Source of the DNA: Spirochaetales bacterium
GTDB lineage: Bacteria > Spirochaetota > Spirochaetia > SZUA-6 > JAFGRV01
Reading direction: 5' to 3'
Length of the DNA stretch: 64,000 nt
NCBI GenBank assembly: GCA_016928415.1
Contig: JAFGKU010000178.1
Location: forward strand, 31,625-95,624
The position numbers were made by a program, and so were the translations under genes. The notes beneath the pieces are model-generated. The model was given only the letters and a program-made list of their open reading frames with translations, had not been told where the DNA came from and made no database searches. Positions 1-10,024 of this stretch are shown in pieces (position 1 is the stretch's first letter; each line of letters starts with the position of its first letter).

Positions 1-91
1 AATTCTTTGTCCTGAAAGGAATTATAAATTCACCAAAACAGAGCTGTTGGCATGGTAATTGCATCAATATTATCAGAAAGGTTAGGATAAA

Positions 92-967
92 ATGAAAAAA
101 AATACAGTACATACAAAAAAAGTGAGAAAAAGAAGAACCGACGATGATATTCTGGCCATCTACTTGAATGAAATCAACAAGATTAACCTGATGAGCCGGG
201 AAGAAGAAGAGAAGTACGCAAGAAGGGCGGCGAAAGGGGACGAGAAGGCTAAACGAAAACTGATCAACGCTAATCTGAGATTTGTCGTCAATGTAGCCAA
301 AAGATACCAGAACCAGGGCCTGCCCATTGAAGATCTCATCAGTGAAGGCAATATCGGACTTATGAACGCCATAGATAAATTTGACGTTGACATGGGTTAC
401 CATTTTATTTCATACGCGGTCTGGTGGATCAGACAATCCATACTCAAGTCCATCTGTGAGAAGAAGCGGATGATACGCCTGCCCATGAACAGGGTTTATG
501 AAATTTCAAAAATTGAAAAGGCAAAGGACCAGCTGCAGAATGTGGACAGCATGGACAAGAAAATTGAAGAGATAGCAAAACAGTTGAATATGGATAAAAA
601 GGAAGTGGCCGACCTGATGAATATCTCCCGTGACATGATTTCATTGGAAATGCCCATTTACATAGAAACGGATTCCGCCTCGCTTATTAATTTTATCGAA
701 GATAAGTCAACCGAGAACCCGACCGATTTTGTGATCAACCGGTTCCTGCAGGACGATATAAACCATATTCTCAAAGACCTGCCTGGAAAGGAGGCGGCCG
801 TGCTGGAAAGGCGCTTTGGACTGAACGGAAAACCATCCGGCTCCTTGACGGAAGTGGGGAATGAATTCAAGCTTACCAAGGAAAGAATAAGACAGATTGA
901 AGCCCGTGCCATTGAACGGCTCAAAGCGGATAAAAGAATGGACAAGTTGAAAATTTACATGTCCTGA
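92..967 (+). CDS. RNA polymerase sigma factor, sigma-70 family (compact RpoD/RpoS-like, no region 1.1)
   Basis: 291-aa ORF. Region 2 motifs LINANLRFVVNVAKRY / DLISEGNIGLMNAIDKFD / YAVWWIRQSI. Region 4 HTH LTEVGNEFKLTKERIRQIEARAIERL. AGG-type RBS upstream of the ATG at 92. Confidence 0.85.
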   Translation: MKKNTVHTKKVRKRRTDDDILAIYLNEINKINLMSREEEEKYARRAAKGDEKAKRKLINANLRFVVNVAKRYQNQGLPIEDLISEGNIGLMNAIDKFDVDMGYHFISYAVWWIRQSILKSICEKKRMIRLPMNRVYEISKIEKAKDQLQNVDSMDKKIEEIAKQLNMDKKEVADLMNISRDMISLEMPIYIETDSASLINFIEDKSTENPTDFVINRFLQDDINHILKDLPGKEAAVLERRFGLNGKPSGSLTEVGNEFKLTKERIRQIEARAIERLKADKRMDKLKIYMS

Positions 968-972
968 CAAGG

Positions 973-995
973 GCAATAACAAGGATTGCCTTTTT
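973..995 (+). terminator. Rho-independent terminator-like hairpin downstream of sigma factor gene
   Basis: GGCAAT-aacaagg-ATTGCC followed by TTTTT, immediately after the stop at 967. Confidence 0.45.
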
Positions 996-1004
996 ATATA
1001 GAGA

Positions 1005-1041
1005 AGCCGTATATTTTTGAGTGGATATACGGCTTTTTTTT
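1005..1041. terminator. Second hairpin terminator between convergent genes (possibly bidirectional)
   Basis: GCCGTATAT-N10-ATATACGGC (9-bp stem) followed by T8. Lies between the sigma gene (+) and the 925-aa gene (-). The T-tract overlaps the minus-gene stop codon. Confidence 0.55.
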
Positions 1042-3817
1042 ATTCCACGACAACCACATCTATGACATTGTCTTTTTCAACCACATCGACTTTCGGGTGA
1101 ATGATCCTCGTGGTGCAGGGACGGATGGAAAGGCGGGGAAGGGCTTCCCTGTAATGAAATTTCAGGTCAAGGGCGGGCATGTCATAGGCAAAGATGGTAC
1201 TCCGCAGTACCCAGACGCAATCAGAATCAGGACTCCAATATCGCCAGAGTCCCGTCCCGTACTGCCTCGGGTCCTCCACCTCAAGGGGCAGGCCCGTTGA
1301 TAAATCTATTTTCTCCGGATTGATCAATCCGGGTTCACCTTTTAAAACAGTCACCAATTTTTTCGTCCCCCCTTCATAATCAAAACCGGGCGGACTAAAC
1401 CGGATAACCGGGTGTTCGACCAATACCTTCCTGTTTTCCACAATGGCGTCCAATGTTTCGAGGTACCGGGAGTTCGTTAAATGCTTCTGCATCCTCTGGT
1501 CCCTGATTCTTACCGCGTCAAAATACGCCTTGAAAAACTCCGAAGGACTGGCGCAGAGGAATCCCGTTTCCTGCAGGAAAAACTTTAATTCCGCAGGATT
1601 CCCGACCAATACACCCTCCCCGGATACATGCGGCTTGATCCCGTCACGCAGGGCAATCTCCTCTATTTTCCTGTCCATGCGCAGGAAATCTCTTTTAAAA
1701 TAAAGCCCGGTGGAAGGGGAATAGAAATACCGGTTAAAGGCGTTGACCACGAGCTCCAGAACGGGCGCCAGTTTCTTGCGCGACAACTGGGTCCCGACGC
1801 CCCAATACTCGATACAATCACCGTCCGTTTTTATCATCACGTTTTTGCCGGACTCATGCTTTATGACGGTAATAATCGTTTTGAAAACCGCATCCTTCAT
1901 TTCCGGGGCCGCTTCATCGGAAAAGACCGGGCAGGCCCGTTCACGGCGGATGGTTTCCCCGTCCCTGTCATAATCCACGATTTTCACGAGGGTAAGCGGT
2001 AAATTTTGGGATGTATTGTTGATGCGGGCCAGCTCCGTCAGGCGTCTTATGACCGGGCGGTTCCTTTCATCCATTATTTCTATACCCTTGGCAACGGCAA
2101 ATCCGAAAAAACTCCAGTCTTCCTTATAATCACGGTAAAACAATTCATCGGGATCATAACACGAGACAAGTTTTTTCATCAGTCTCCTGTAGAATCCCGC
2201 CTCGTCATCCATACCGGAAATTCGTTTAAGAGAATCCATGACAATTTCATCAAGCATGGTCATCTTGCCGGTGAACCTGTTTTCGGTGTCCATCAAGGCG
2301 GCGCCGTGAAAAATTCCTGCCAGGAGGGGAGGAATGTCTATGCCCATGCCATACAGCTTCTGTGCTACCAGCGCCGTGGTTGACCCTGCAAAAATGATCC
2401 GCCTGGGAATCTGCTGCATCAAACATACGTCTGACGGGTAATGATGGTCGATGATGGCCCTTGTATCGGGCTGCTCCGGTCCGACATTCCGGTCAACCAT
2501 GATCCATTCCGGCCGGCCCGAGTTTTTTGCCATTTTATAGAGGGAAGAATCTGTCAGGACCAGGCACCCCGATACATCCTTCCCCAGGAGTTCGCTTATT
2601 TCCTCCGGGATGGAGTTACCGGGCACGACGGGCACGAAAACCGCGTCTCCGTCACCATGTAAAAGGTACTGCCTGAATGATTCCCCAAGGGCGCTCACCA
2701 CGGTGTCCGTGTCCGGGTTCCGGTGCCCCATGACGAAAACGATTCCCCTTTTTTCCGCCACGGCCCCGCTCAATACGTCTTTGCGGGTCCTTACAAAATC
2801 GAGGAACATATCGTCTGTCACCTGCCCGCCGCTTATTCCGGAGAATTCCAGGGCGGCACTCTTCAAAGCCGGTTCTTTTCCTTCGTTTTTCCCTTCAGCC
2901 CTGATCCTGAGAACACCCAGCACATCGTAAATATCCTCCCTGAGCACCAGGGCTGCAGCATCCTTTGCGGATGTAATGGCCTGCCTTCTTGAGCCGATAA
3001 AGGAAAGGAAATCAGCCGTCCACGGGACATCTTGTGTAAAAAAAGTGCCGTCTTCAACAGAAGCATAATACCGTGACAGAATCGCCTTAGCCTCTTCCAG
3101 GGTATTCTCATCCAGAGCACTTGACGGCAGGGTTTTCCGGCACTCCCGGATGGAGAGTTTATGCGAAATGGCATCCGCGGGTATACCCAGGTCTATGGAA
3201 ATTTTACCCACGGAAGTAACAAAACCCCTCATTGCCATGAGCACGCCCTGCCGGCCTATGTCCGTATGCGTGTCCCAATACTTGAATGTATTGTCCTCAA
3301 TATTTCTTATCTTCCCCACTTCTTCCGGCAAACCCGTTTCCAGGCTGACCTTGCCGGGATCGATCCACCCGTAGCGGCCTTCCGGCGTTTTAACGGGAAT
3401 TTCTTCACCCGTGAACTTAAGCGGGCCCAGGGGTTCGGGATGATGAATCATGCTGCTGTCCCTGATGAACACGGTGGAAAGCATTTCGATAAAACGGTCC
3501 GATTCAAGGGAATCAAGCATCTGGCTGTCTTCCGCTTCGATAACGTCCTTTCGCACCTGAAAATATTCCGGAAGGCTCAAGGCGGTTGAACCGAGAAGCG
3601 ACAGGATTTTAAGGCAATCGGCCAAACGGGTATTTACGAGCCATTTTTCAGGGCTGGCCTGGACCCTGATGGATAAATCGGCGGCTGCGGCGAGAACCCT
3701 TTCATCCACCACCAGGGGATGCCTGAAAACATACAATCCGGTTGACGGCGAATAAAAAAAGTCTTCAACAACGTCCGTCAATTTCAGGGAACCGTTAAAA
3801 TTATAATCAATTTCCAT
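1040..3817 (-). CDS. DHH-family phosphoesterase domain protein, 925 aa, with duplicated flanking module
   Basis: Central DHH motifs: VMGHRNPDTDTVVSALG (motif I, HxNPDxD) and AIIDHHYPSD (DHH motif). N- and C-terminal regions each carry a related segment: EDFFYSPSTGLYVFRHP near the N-terminus and NRYFYSPSTGLYFKRDF around residue 650. No further family assignment possible by eye. Confidence 0.55.
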   Translation of the reverse strand: MEIDYNFNGSLKLTDVVEDFFYSPSTGLYVFRHPLVVDERVLAAAADLSIRVQASPEKWLVNTRLADCLKILSLLGSTALSLPEYFQVRKDVIEAEDSQMLDSLESDRFIEMLSTVFIRDSSMIHHPEPLGPLKFTGEEIPVKTPEGRYGWIDPGKVSLETGLPEEVGKIRNIEDNTFKYWDTHTDIGRQGVLMAMRGFVTSVGKISIDLGIPADAISHKLSIRECRKTLPSSALDENTLEEAKAILSRYYASVEDGTFFTQDVPWTADFLSFIGSRRQAITSAKDAAALVLREDIYDVLGVLRIRAEGKNEGKEPALKSAALEFSGISGGQVTDDMFLDFVRTRKDVLSGAVAEKRGIVFVMGHRNPDTDTVVSALGESFRQYLLHGDGDAVFVPVVPGNSIPEEISELLGKDVSGCLVLTDSSLYKMAKNSGRPEWIMVDRNVGPEQPDTRAIIDHHYPSDVCLMQQIPRRIIFAGSTTALVAQKLYGMGIDIPPLLAGIFHGAALMDTENRFTGKMTMLDEIVMDSLKRISGMDDEAGFYRRLMKKLVSCYDPDELFYRDYKEDWSFFGFAVAKGIEIMDERNRPVIRRLTELARINNTSQNLPLTLVKIVDYDRDGETIRRERACPVFSDEAAPEMKDAVFKTIITVIKHESGKNVMIKTDGDCIEYWGVGTQLSRKKLAPVLELVVNAFNRYFYSPSTGLYFKRDFLRMDRKIEEIALRDGIKPHVSGEGVLVGNPAELKFFLQETGFLCASPSEFFKAYFDAVRIRDQRMQKHLTNSRYLETLDAIVENRKVLVEHPVIRFSPPGFDYEGGTKKLVTVLKGEPGLINPEKIDLSTGLPLEVEDPRQYGTGLWRYWSPDSDCVWVLRSTIFAYDMPALDLKFHYREALPRLSIRPCTTRIIHPKVDVVEKDNVIDVVVVE

Positions 3818-4049
3818 ATCAAAATTAATTTTATGCTTTTTTCAAATAAATTCCAGGCTGAAAATCCTGCCTATCGGGGAGGCATTTCCTTTCATCCCTG
3901 ATTAAAAACCTGCTTGAAAATAAGGCGAAAATTCACAACCATTATATTATGAGCTTTTCATCACATACCTGTTTTACAGGAGACAATCCCGGGCCGGTGA
4001 AAAGGGCCGGTTATTTATTTACATCCTTTCTACAGGGAGGCAGCCGGAT

Positions 4050-6218
4050 TTGAAAGTACTCTGGAAGCTTTTTATCCCGGTCTACTTATTCTTCGTGGTG
4101 CTATTGACTTTTATTTCGCATTTCTACGCCGACAGCAGGATGAAAATCGCGAGGGAACATGTAATCGAGCAGCATAAAACCATTGGCCGGTACGTGATAA
4201 AGCGCCTGGAATCGGGTTTCCTTGAATCAAAATGGCCGTTCGACAGCCTGAAAGAGTTATCCAGCCAGAAGGATTTCATGTTCTGGTGGATTACCAATGA
4301 AGATAACATTATCTATATTTCACATAACATGGATCTTGCGGGAACGAGCCCCTTTGACCACATTTCCATCCCGAATAAAAATTATCAATCCGCAGAACTC
4401 ATTTTGAACAAAGAGAGGGAATACGGCATACTTGTATATCCCATTACAGCCGCCCATAATGAATGGCATTTCTGGACGGGTTTTACATTCAAAAACATCA
4501 ACGAATTCCGGCAGACCATGGTTTTTATTTTTCTGATCATAATAATCTCGGCGCTTATTCTTCTCTGGGTCCTTCTCTATGTATTGTTGAAAATAGTGCT
4601 GAAACCCGTGGAAAAACTGATGAAGGGCATTGAAATGACGGGCAAGGGAGAACTTACCCACAGGGTCGAAATAATTTCGCGGGATGAAATTGGGTCCATC
4701 GCGCATTCCTATAACAAAATGATAAATGATTTACAGAAAATTACCGTGTCAAAGCTTTATATGGACGCCATCATTGAAAACATGCTCGATACGTTAACGG
4801 TCCTGGACAAGGATTTTAATATTGTGATGGCCAATTCTTCCTTCCTGAATTTACTGCATTACAAAAAGGAGGAAATAATAGGGGCATCCATGCAGTCCAT
4901 TTTCCGTGATGAAGTTGAGAATCCGTTCAACCTTCCCATTTCCCTTTTATTGATCGAAAAGGGAATCTATAAAAATTATGAAACATTTTACCTTACCAGG
5001 GACGGCAATGAAATAGCCATCCTGTTCAACTGCTCGCTGACAAGGGGCGAAGACGGCGAGGTTAAAAATATCATCTGCACGGGCCGGAACATGACGGATT
5101 TACGGCGGGCAAAAGCCATGCTCAAAAAGCAGAGGGACTGGCTTGAAGTCAGCCTGTCCAGCATAGGTGACGGCGTTATTGCGGCAGACAAGGCCCTGAC
5201 GGTTTCCTTTATGAATCCAATGGCGGAAAAGCTGACGGGCTGGGCTTTCAAGGATGCCAGGGGAAGGGAAATCGGTGATATAATTACAACCGAATCGGGG
5301 GCCAATCTTCTGGACCAGGAAGGATATACGGAAAGCCTGCTGCAGACCCGGGGAAGGAAGGAAGCCGTTCCCATAAGCAGTCTCAGCGCTCCCATCAGAA
5401 ATAAAAACGGCGAAACAATCGGTGTTATTCTCGTGATACATGATATCCATAAAATGAAAGCCATGGAGGATAAATTAAGGCAGTCTGAAAAATTGTCCGG
5501 TATTGGCCAGTTGGCAGCCGGGATTGCGCATGAAATTAATAATCCGACAGGGTACATGATAAGCAACCTTTCCATCTTCATGGATTACTGGAATAAAATA
5601 AAGAATTTTTTTGAAGAAAATCCGGTTCGTAAAAACGCCACTTTAGAATACATTTACAAGGACATTCCCGCGCTGATATCCGAAACCCTTGAAGGAGCCC
5701 AAAGGATTAAATCAATCGTCAACAATTTAAAGGATTTTGCCCACCCGGATACGGGAAACCTGAAAATGACGGATCTGAACAAGGTCCTTGATAAATCGAT
5801 TGAACTTGTATGGAACGAGATCAAGTATAACAGTGTGCTTAAAAAAGATTTTCAATCCCTGCCGCTCACCCTCTGCAATCCGGGACAAATGGAACAGGTA
5901 TTCATCAATTTAATTTTAAACGGCTACCAGGCAATTGATAAACAGGAAGGAAGGATTGAAATACGAAGCTTCAGCAGGGGCAACGAGATACTGATAGAAA
6001 TTTCCGATAACGGCAAAGGAATCCCCAGGGAAAACATTGACAAGCTTTTTGATCCTTTTTTTACAACCAAGGATATCGGGCATGGTGTCGGCCTGGGTTT
6101 ATCCATTTCATATGGTATAATCCAGCATCACGGGGGGTCGCTCGAGGTGACGAGTGAGCCCGGCATCTATACGACATTTACCATTATTTTACCGGTGATA
6201 GAGGAAAATAATGGATAA
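4050..6218 (+). CDS. Sensor histidine kinase, membrane-bound, HAMP + PAS domains
   Basis: 722 aa. N-terminal TM, extracytoplasmic segment, second TM (FIFLIIIISALILLWVLLYVLL). HAMP-like linker. Two PAS-like segments. HisKA H-box GIAHEINNPTGY. HATPase_c motifs ISDNGKGIP and GHGVGLGLSISYGI. TTG start as in the ORF track. Confidence 0.85.
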   Translation: MKVLWKLFIPVYLFFVVLLTFISHFYADSRMKIAREHVIEQHKTIGRYVIKRLESGFLESKWPFDSLKELSSQKDFMFWWITNEDNIIYISHNMDLAGTSPFDHISIPNKNYQSAELILNKEREYGILVYPITAAHNEWHFWTGFTFKNINEFRQTMVFIFLIIIISALILLWVLLYVLLKIVLKPVEKLMKGIEMTGKGELTHRVEIISRDEIGSIAHSYNKMINDLQKITVSKLYMDAIIENMLDTLTVLDKDFNIVMANSSFLNLLHYKKEEIIGASMQSIFRDEVENPFNLPISLLLIEKGIYKNYETFYLTRDGNEIAILFNCSLTRGEDGEVKNIICTGRNMTDLRRAKAMLKKQRDWLEVSLSSIGDGVIAADKALTVSFMNPMAEKLTGWAFKDARGREIGDIITTESGANLLDQEGYTESLLQTRGRKEAVPISSLSAPIRNKNGETIGVILVIHDIHKMKAMEDKLRQSEKLSGIGQLAAGIAHEINNPTGYMISNLSIFMDYWNKIKNFFEENPVRKNATLEYIYKDIPALISETLEGAQRIKSIVNNLKDFAHPDTGNLKMTDLNKVLDKSIELVWNEIKYNSVLKKDFQSLPLTLCNPGQMEQVFINLILNGYQAIDKQEGRIEIRSFSRGNEILIEISDNGKGIPRENIDKLFDPFFTTKDIGHGVGLGLSISYGIIQHHGGSLEVTSEPGIYTTFTIILPVIEENNG

Positions 6219-6564
6219 AAAAATAATTCTTTGTGTAGACGACACGGAGAACGTATTGAAAAGCCTTGAAAGATTTCTCATAATAGAGGGATACACTCCC
6301 GTTCTTGCGAATAACGGGAAGGAGGCTTTGGACATCCTGTCCCGTCAAAAAGTGGACATGGTCATCGTTGATGAAAAAATGCCCGAAATTGGAGGATCGG
6401 AATTGATCAAAATCATGCGGAAACAGTTTAATATCACCAGAATCCTGATGCTTACAGGCTATATCGGCCATGAAAATCCGGATGTGCCCGTTATGCAAAA
6501 ACCCTGGAATATAAATGAATTAAAAAAAATGATAAACTATATTTTAAAACGGCAGACAATGTAA
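6211..6564 (+). CDS. Single-domain response regulator (receiver only, CheY-like)
   Basis: 117 aa. ILCVDDTENVLKSLERFL..VDMVIVDEKMPEIGG..LMLTGY receiver signature. Start overlaps the HK stop by 8 nt (ATGGATAA), consistent with translational coupling. Confidence 0.8.
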   Translation: MDKKIILCVDDTENVLKSLERFLIIEGYTPVLANNGKEALDILSRQKVDMVIVDEKMPEIGGSELIKIMRKQFNITRILMLTGYIGHENPDVPVMQKPWNINELKKMINYILKRQTM

Positions 6565-6566
6565 AT

Positions 6567-7730
6567 ATGGGCCATTCTATTTTGTTCGTTGATGACGAAA
6601 TGAATATTCTCACATCGCTTAAGCGGTTGTTCACCACGACACCTTATACCAATTTTTTTGCCAGGAGCGGTAAAGAAGCTTTGGAAATCATGAAAAACAA
6701 CCAGGTGAATGTTGTAGTGGCCGACCTGAGAATGCCGGAAATGGACGGGATTGAATTATTGAAGCAGGTAAAGAGCAGCTACCCGGATTGCATCAGGCTT
6801 GTTTTGACTGCCTATTCCGACAAGGAAAGTGTCATGAAGGTCATCAAGGAAGGGGAAGTGTGGAAATACATCCTGAAGCCGTGGGACAACAAGGAACTCC
6901 TTGCAACCATTGAAAAGGCTTTCAGTCACTTTGACAGTAAAACAGACCAGGGACAGGGGTTAACACCGCCGCCGGCAAATCAATTCACCGGTAAAAAAGT
7001 CTTTTTTCTCTATCCCCATACCGTCATAAACGAAGATTTTATTTTAGACCTGATCAGTGAATACGAGGTATATTTTCTGAAAGACCACAAGAAGGCGCTC
7101 CGTATTTTGAAAAAATACAATGATTCCATCATCTTTATCAATATTGACGTTCATTTGAAAGAGAAAGAATGGCAGGAATACATCACAAACCTTATGAATG
7201 ATAAAAGCACAAGGAATGTCAAGGTGGGGATTGTTTCCTATAACAGCGACCAGGATCTGATCAAAAAATACCTCATGGAAATTCTTGTGCCGTGCGGATT
7301 CATTCAACTGAAGGTCGGGCTGGAACAAAGCAAAAAAATTATACAAAAAGTGCTTGAAGCGAATGAGGCAAAACGGGGCCGCGCCTACCTGCGGGTGAAT
7401 TGCACCCACGAACAAAACATTTTCTTCAACATCAAAATGGAAGGCAACCTGTACAACGGGAGGATCATAGACATCAGTATTTCCGCCATGGCCTGTGTTT
7501 TTGACAAGACACCCGTCCTGGAGGAAAATGAAAAAATCCCTGACATCCAGCTGAATCTGAAAAGTGCCATTGTCAGGTTGTCAGGCATTTTAAAGGCAAT
7601 CCGAAAGGACAAGGGGTATACATTGTATATAATTCTATTTGATCCCAATATGTCCGTAAAAAACAGGCTTACCCTCCTGAAATTCATACACGCAACCCTG
7701 CAGCTGCAGCTGGAAAGCAATTATTTTTAA
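6567..7730 (+). CDS. Response regulator with N-terminal receiver and C-terminal PilZ-like domain
   Basis: 387 aa. Receiver: ILFVDDEMNILTSLKRLF, VVVADLRMPEMDGIELL, LVLTAYSD, KPWD. C-terminus: KRGRAYLRV (RxxxR) and GRIIDISISAMACVF (D-x-S-x-x-A/G), resembling the two PilZ c-di-GMP-binding motifs. Starts 2 nt after the previous stop. Confidence 0.65.
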   Translation: MGHSILFVDDEMNILTSLKRLFTTTPYTNFFARSGKEALEIMKNNQVNVVVADLRMPEMDGIELLKQVKSSYPDCIRLVLTAYSDKESVMKVIKEGEVWKYILKPWDNKELLATIEKAFSHFDSKTDQGQGLTPPPANQFTGKKVFFLYPHTVINEDFILDLISEYEVYFLKDHKKALRILKKYNDSIIFINIDVHLKEKEWQEYITNLMNDKSTRNVKVGIVSYNSDQDLIKKYLMEILVPCGFIQLKVGLEQSKKIIQKVLEANEAKRGRAYLRVNCTHEQNIFFNIKMEGNLYNGRIIDISISAMACVFDKTPVLEENEKIPDIQLNLKSAIVRLSGILKAIRKDKGYTLYIILFDPNMSVKNRLTLLKFIHATLQLQLESNYF

Positions 7731-7778
7731 ATCAATACCGCCTTTACCCATGTTAAACGGGTAAAGGCGGTTAAAGAA

Positions 7779-10013
7779 TCACTCATAAATTTCGTAGATA
7801 ACACCATTGATTGTAAAGAGTACATTTTTCCCAAGGGACAGAAAATCCTTGGCAAGGGGAGTGGATTTAAGCAGTTTGAAGTATTCGGCCGAAGCGAATT
7901 GCAGACGCTTGACCTTTGCCTTGTTTTTTTCCTGCACCAGGGAATCTATCCAGAAGGAACCATTGTTATAAACAGCCCTGCCCTGTATATTTCTGATTTG
8001 CTGTGTGATATTCATTATTTTACCGTCTTTTTTCTTGAAAAAGAGACGGTCCGATCCCTGGGTTGTCTGCGTCTTGTTGGTTGCCATTGCCAGGTCCTGG
8101 ACTTCCTTGCTGGCCTGTACGCTTCCGTGCCCGGATTCACTGTTCATATCACGGTATTCCTCGGCGTTTTTTTCCCGGAATTCATCGTCCAGGTCATTTA
8201 TGTTGCCGAGTGTCTGGTATCTTTTTTCAAGACCGGAAGAGGCCGTTCGCCTCTCTTCATCTTCAACTATAAGATAACTCGTATAAGGCGTGATAATGCC
8301 GTATTTACGGGAAAGAATGACAACTTCATCAATCAATTCCTTTTCTTCCCCGTTCAATCGGATGGCATCAAGGAGAAAACCGACACGCCGGGCAGCCCAT
8401 AACGGGGGTATGAAATCATGTTCCGATTCTGATTTCGGGAAATCCAGTTCGTATTCCATCTTTTTTCTTTTCGTACCGACATTCCCTTCCAGAATGAAAT
8501 TCACTTTGCCCTGTCCGGAATATCTGCCGATCAGGGACAATGAAGACCCCTTGAAAAGATCGGGAAGATTTTTCAAGTCCGGGTAAACCCTGGAAAGGGT
8601 GACACCGCCCTCCAGCCTTATCTCAAGGTCCGAAAGGACGGGTGAACTCACCTTTGAATAAAAGCTTGAAATTTCCAGCTCTATATCCTGGTCCGGTAAA
8701 ATATAGCTCCGATAGGCCCGCGTTTGCTGGGTAATGCGGTCCAGCAAATGCGTGTTGATATCATCACCAATGCCGAAGGTGAAAATGCGTGTTGTTTTGG
8801 GATTCACCTTTTTTAAAACCGTTATTAATTTTTCCGTATCCGTTTGACCAATAGTGGGTTTACCGTCGGTGATGAAAACGATCATGTGTGGACGGCCCGC
8901 ATCCCTTTCCATTTTTTCATCCCCGCCTAACGCGAGGCCAAGTGCTTCCTCAATATTGGTTCCGCCAATGGCCGCCATATCTTTAATAAAGCTTTTAGCC
9001 TTGTCAATGTTATCCGGATTCGCCTTTTGCAAGGCGGGAAACACCTGTTCAGCCTCCGCGGAAAACCGTATTATCTGGAATCCGTCATCCGGCTTCAGGT
9101 TATGGATGCAGAATAAAAGCGCCTTCTTCGCCTGGGCAAGCTTTTCACCGGCCATGCTTCCAGATGTATCCAGCACAAAGGTGATGTCCTTCGGCATATA
9201 CGTATTTCCCGTTACATATGCAGGACTTAAATTCATGAAGAAAAAACCGTCATCCCCGCTTTCCCTGTAGGCATAATGTGATATGCCGAACGGTTCGCTA
9301 CCCATGGAATAATAAAGCTTGAAGTCGACATCCGGTTTTGTGCTTTTTTCCTCAAAGGCAGCCGTCGCGTTTTTGGGCCCCTTTTGAACAACATCGATTT
9401 CATGTGTCGGCGAATAAACCGAATGGACATTGTCGTCGGAGTTTATATTCACAACAATCGAAACATCATTCAGGGGTTTGGCGGAAAATTTCTCCGTGTT
9501 AAGCGGGTATATATACATAACGGACCCGCTGTCACGCGTCAGCAGCTCTCTATAGGCGATGGTTACCCTTTTGGTGGAATAAGGTTCAATGGGGAAAATG
9601 CGCACCTTGTAGATGTCCCTGCCGACATATTCAAGCAGAGCCGGGTCCTTCATCTTGCGCACGATATCTTCATAGATAGACCGGGCCTTCCCGGCATCCA
9701 GCAGTTCAGCGCTCACATTCTTGCCTTGAATCTGCATGGAAAATTTGGTGATAACGGCATTTTCCGGCTTTGGGAAAATATAATAACCTTCCAGCCTGTA
9801 AGAAGTAGGATTGTAGAATTCCTGGTCAATGGTCGTTACGGCACTCAAATTATCTATATCAACGTTAACGTGATGGTACTTTACCTCCAGGGGAAAAGGA
9901 GCGGCCACAGGTATAGGCTCCGGCATCACGATAAAGCCGTCGGCTCCTGCGAAAGCGGTTACAAGCAGCAGCATCAATACAAAACACGGTATAAAAAGTT
10001 TATTATAAGTCAT
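7779..10013 (-). CDS. Secreted VIT + von Willebrand factor A domain protein (ITIH-like)
   Basis: 744 aa. Signal peptide MTYNKLFIPCFVLMLLLVTAFAGA. N-terminal VIT-like region (YHHVNVDIDNLSAVTTIDQEFYNP..GYYIFPKPENAVITKFSMQIQGK). VWA MIDAS motif ITFVLDTSGSMAGEKL and ..GGTNIEEAL. Confidence 0.75.
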   Translation of the reverse strand: MTYNKLFIPCFVLMLLLVTAFAGADGFIVMPEPIPVAAPFPLEVKYHHVNVDIDNLSAVTTIDQEFYNPTSYRLEGYYIFPKPENAVITKFSMQIQGKNVSAELLDAGKARSIYEDIVRKMKDPALLEYVGRDIYKVRIFPIEPYSTKRVTIAYRELLTRDSGSVMYIYPLNTEKFSAKPLNDVSIVVNINSDDNVHSVYSPTHEIDVVQKGPKNATAAFEEKSTKPDVDFKLYYSMGSEPFGISHYAYRESGDDGFFFMNLSPAYVTGNTYMPKDITFVLDTSGSMAGEKLAQAKKALLFCIHNLKPDDGFQIIRFSAEAEQVFPALQKANPDNIDKAKSFIKDMAAIGGTNIEEALGLALGGDEKMERDAGRPHMIVFITDGKPTIGQTDTEKLITVLKKVNPKTTRIFTFGIGDDINTHLLDRITQQTRAYRSYILPDQDIELEISSFYSKVSSPVLSDLEIRLEGGVTLSRVYPDLKNLPDLFKGSSLSLIGRYSGQGKVNFILEGNVGTKRKKMEYELDFPKSESEHDFIPPLWAARRVGFLLDAIRLNGEEKELIDEVVILSRKYGIITPYTSYLIVEDEERRTASSGLEKRYQTLGNINDLDDEFREKNAEEYRDMNSESGHGSVQASKEVQDLAMATNKTQTTQGSDRLFFKKKDGKIMNITQQIRNIQGRAVYNNGSFWIDSLVQEKNKAKVKRLQFASAEYFKLLKSTPLAKDFLSLGKNVLFTINGVIYEIYE

Positions 10014-10024
10014 GGATATCCTCC

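Noticed and set aside
3940-4000. Possible hairpin CCGGGCCGGTGAAAAGGGCCGG upstream of the histidine kinase
   Set aside because: Arms are not truly complementary beyond the self-complementary CCGG core. Not a convincing structure.
4988-5581. 197-aa minus-strand ORF
   Set aside because: Antisense shadow ORF inside the histidine-kinase gene.
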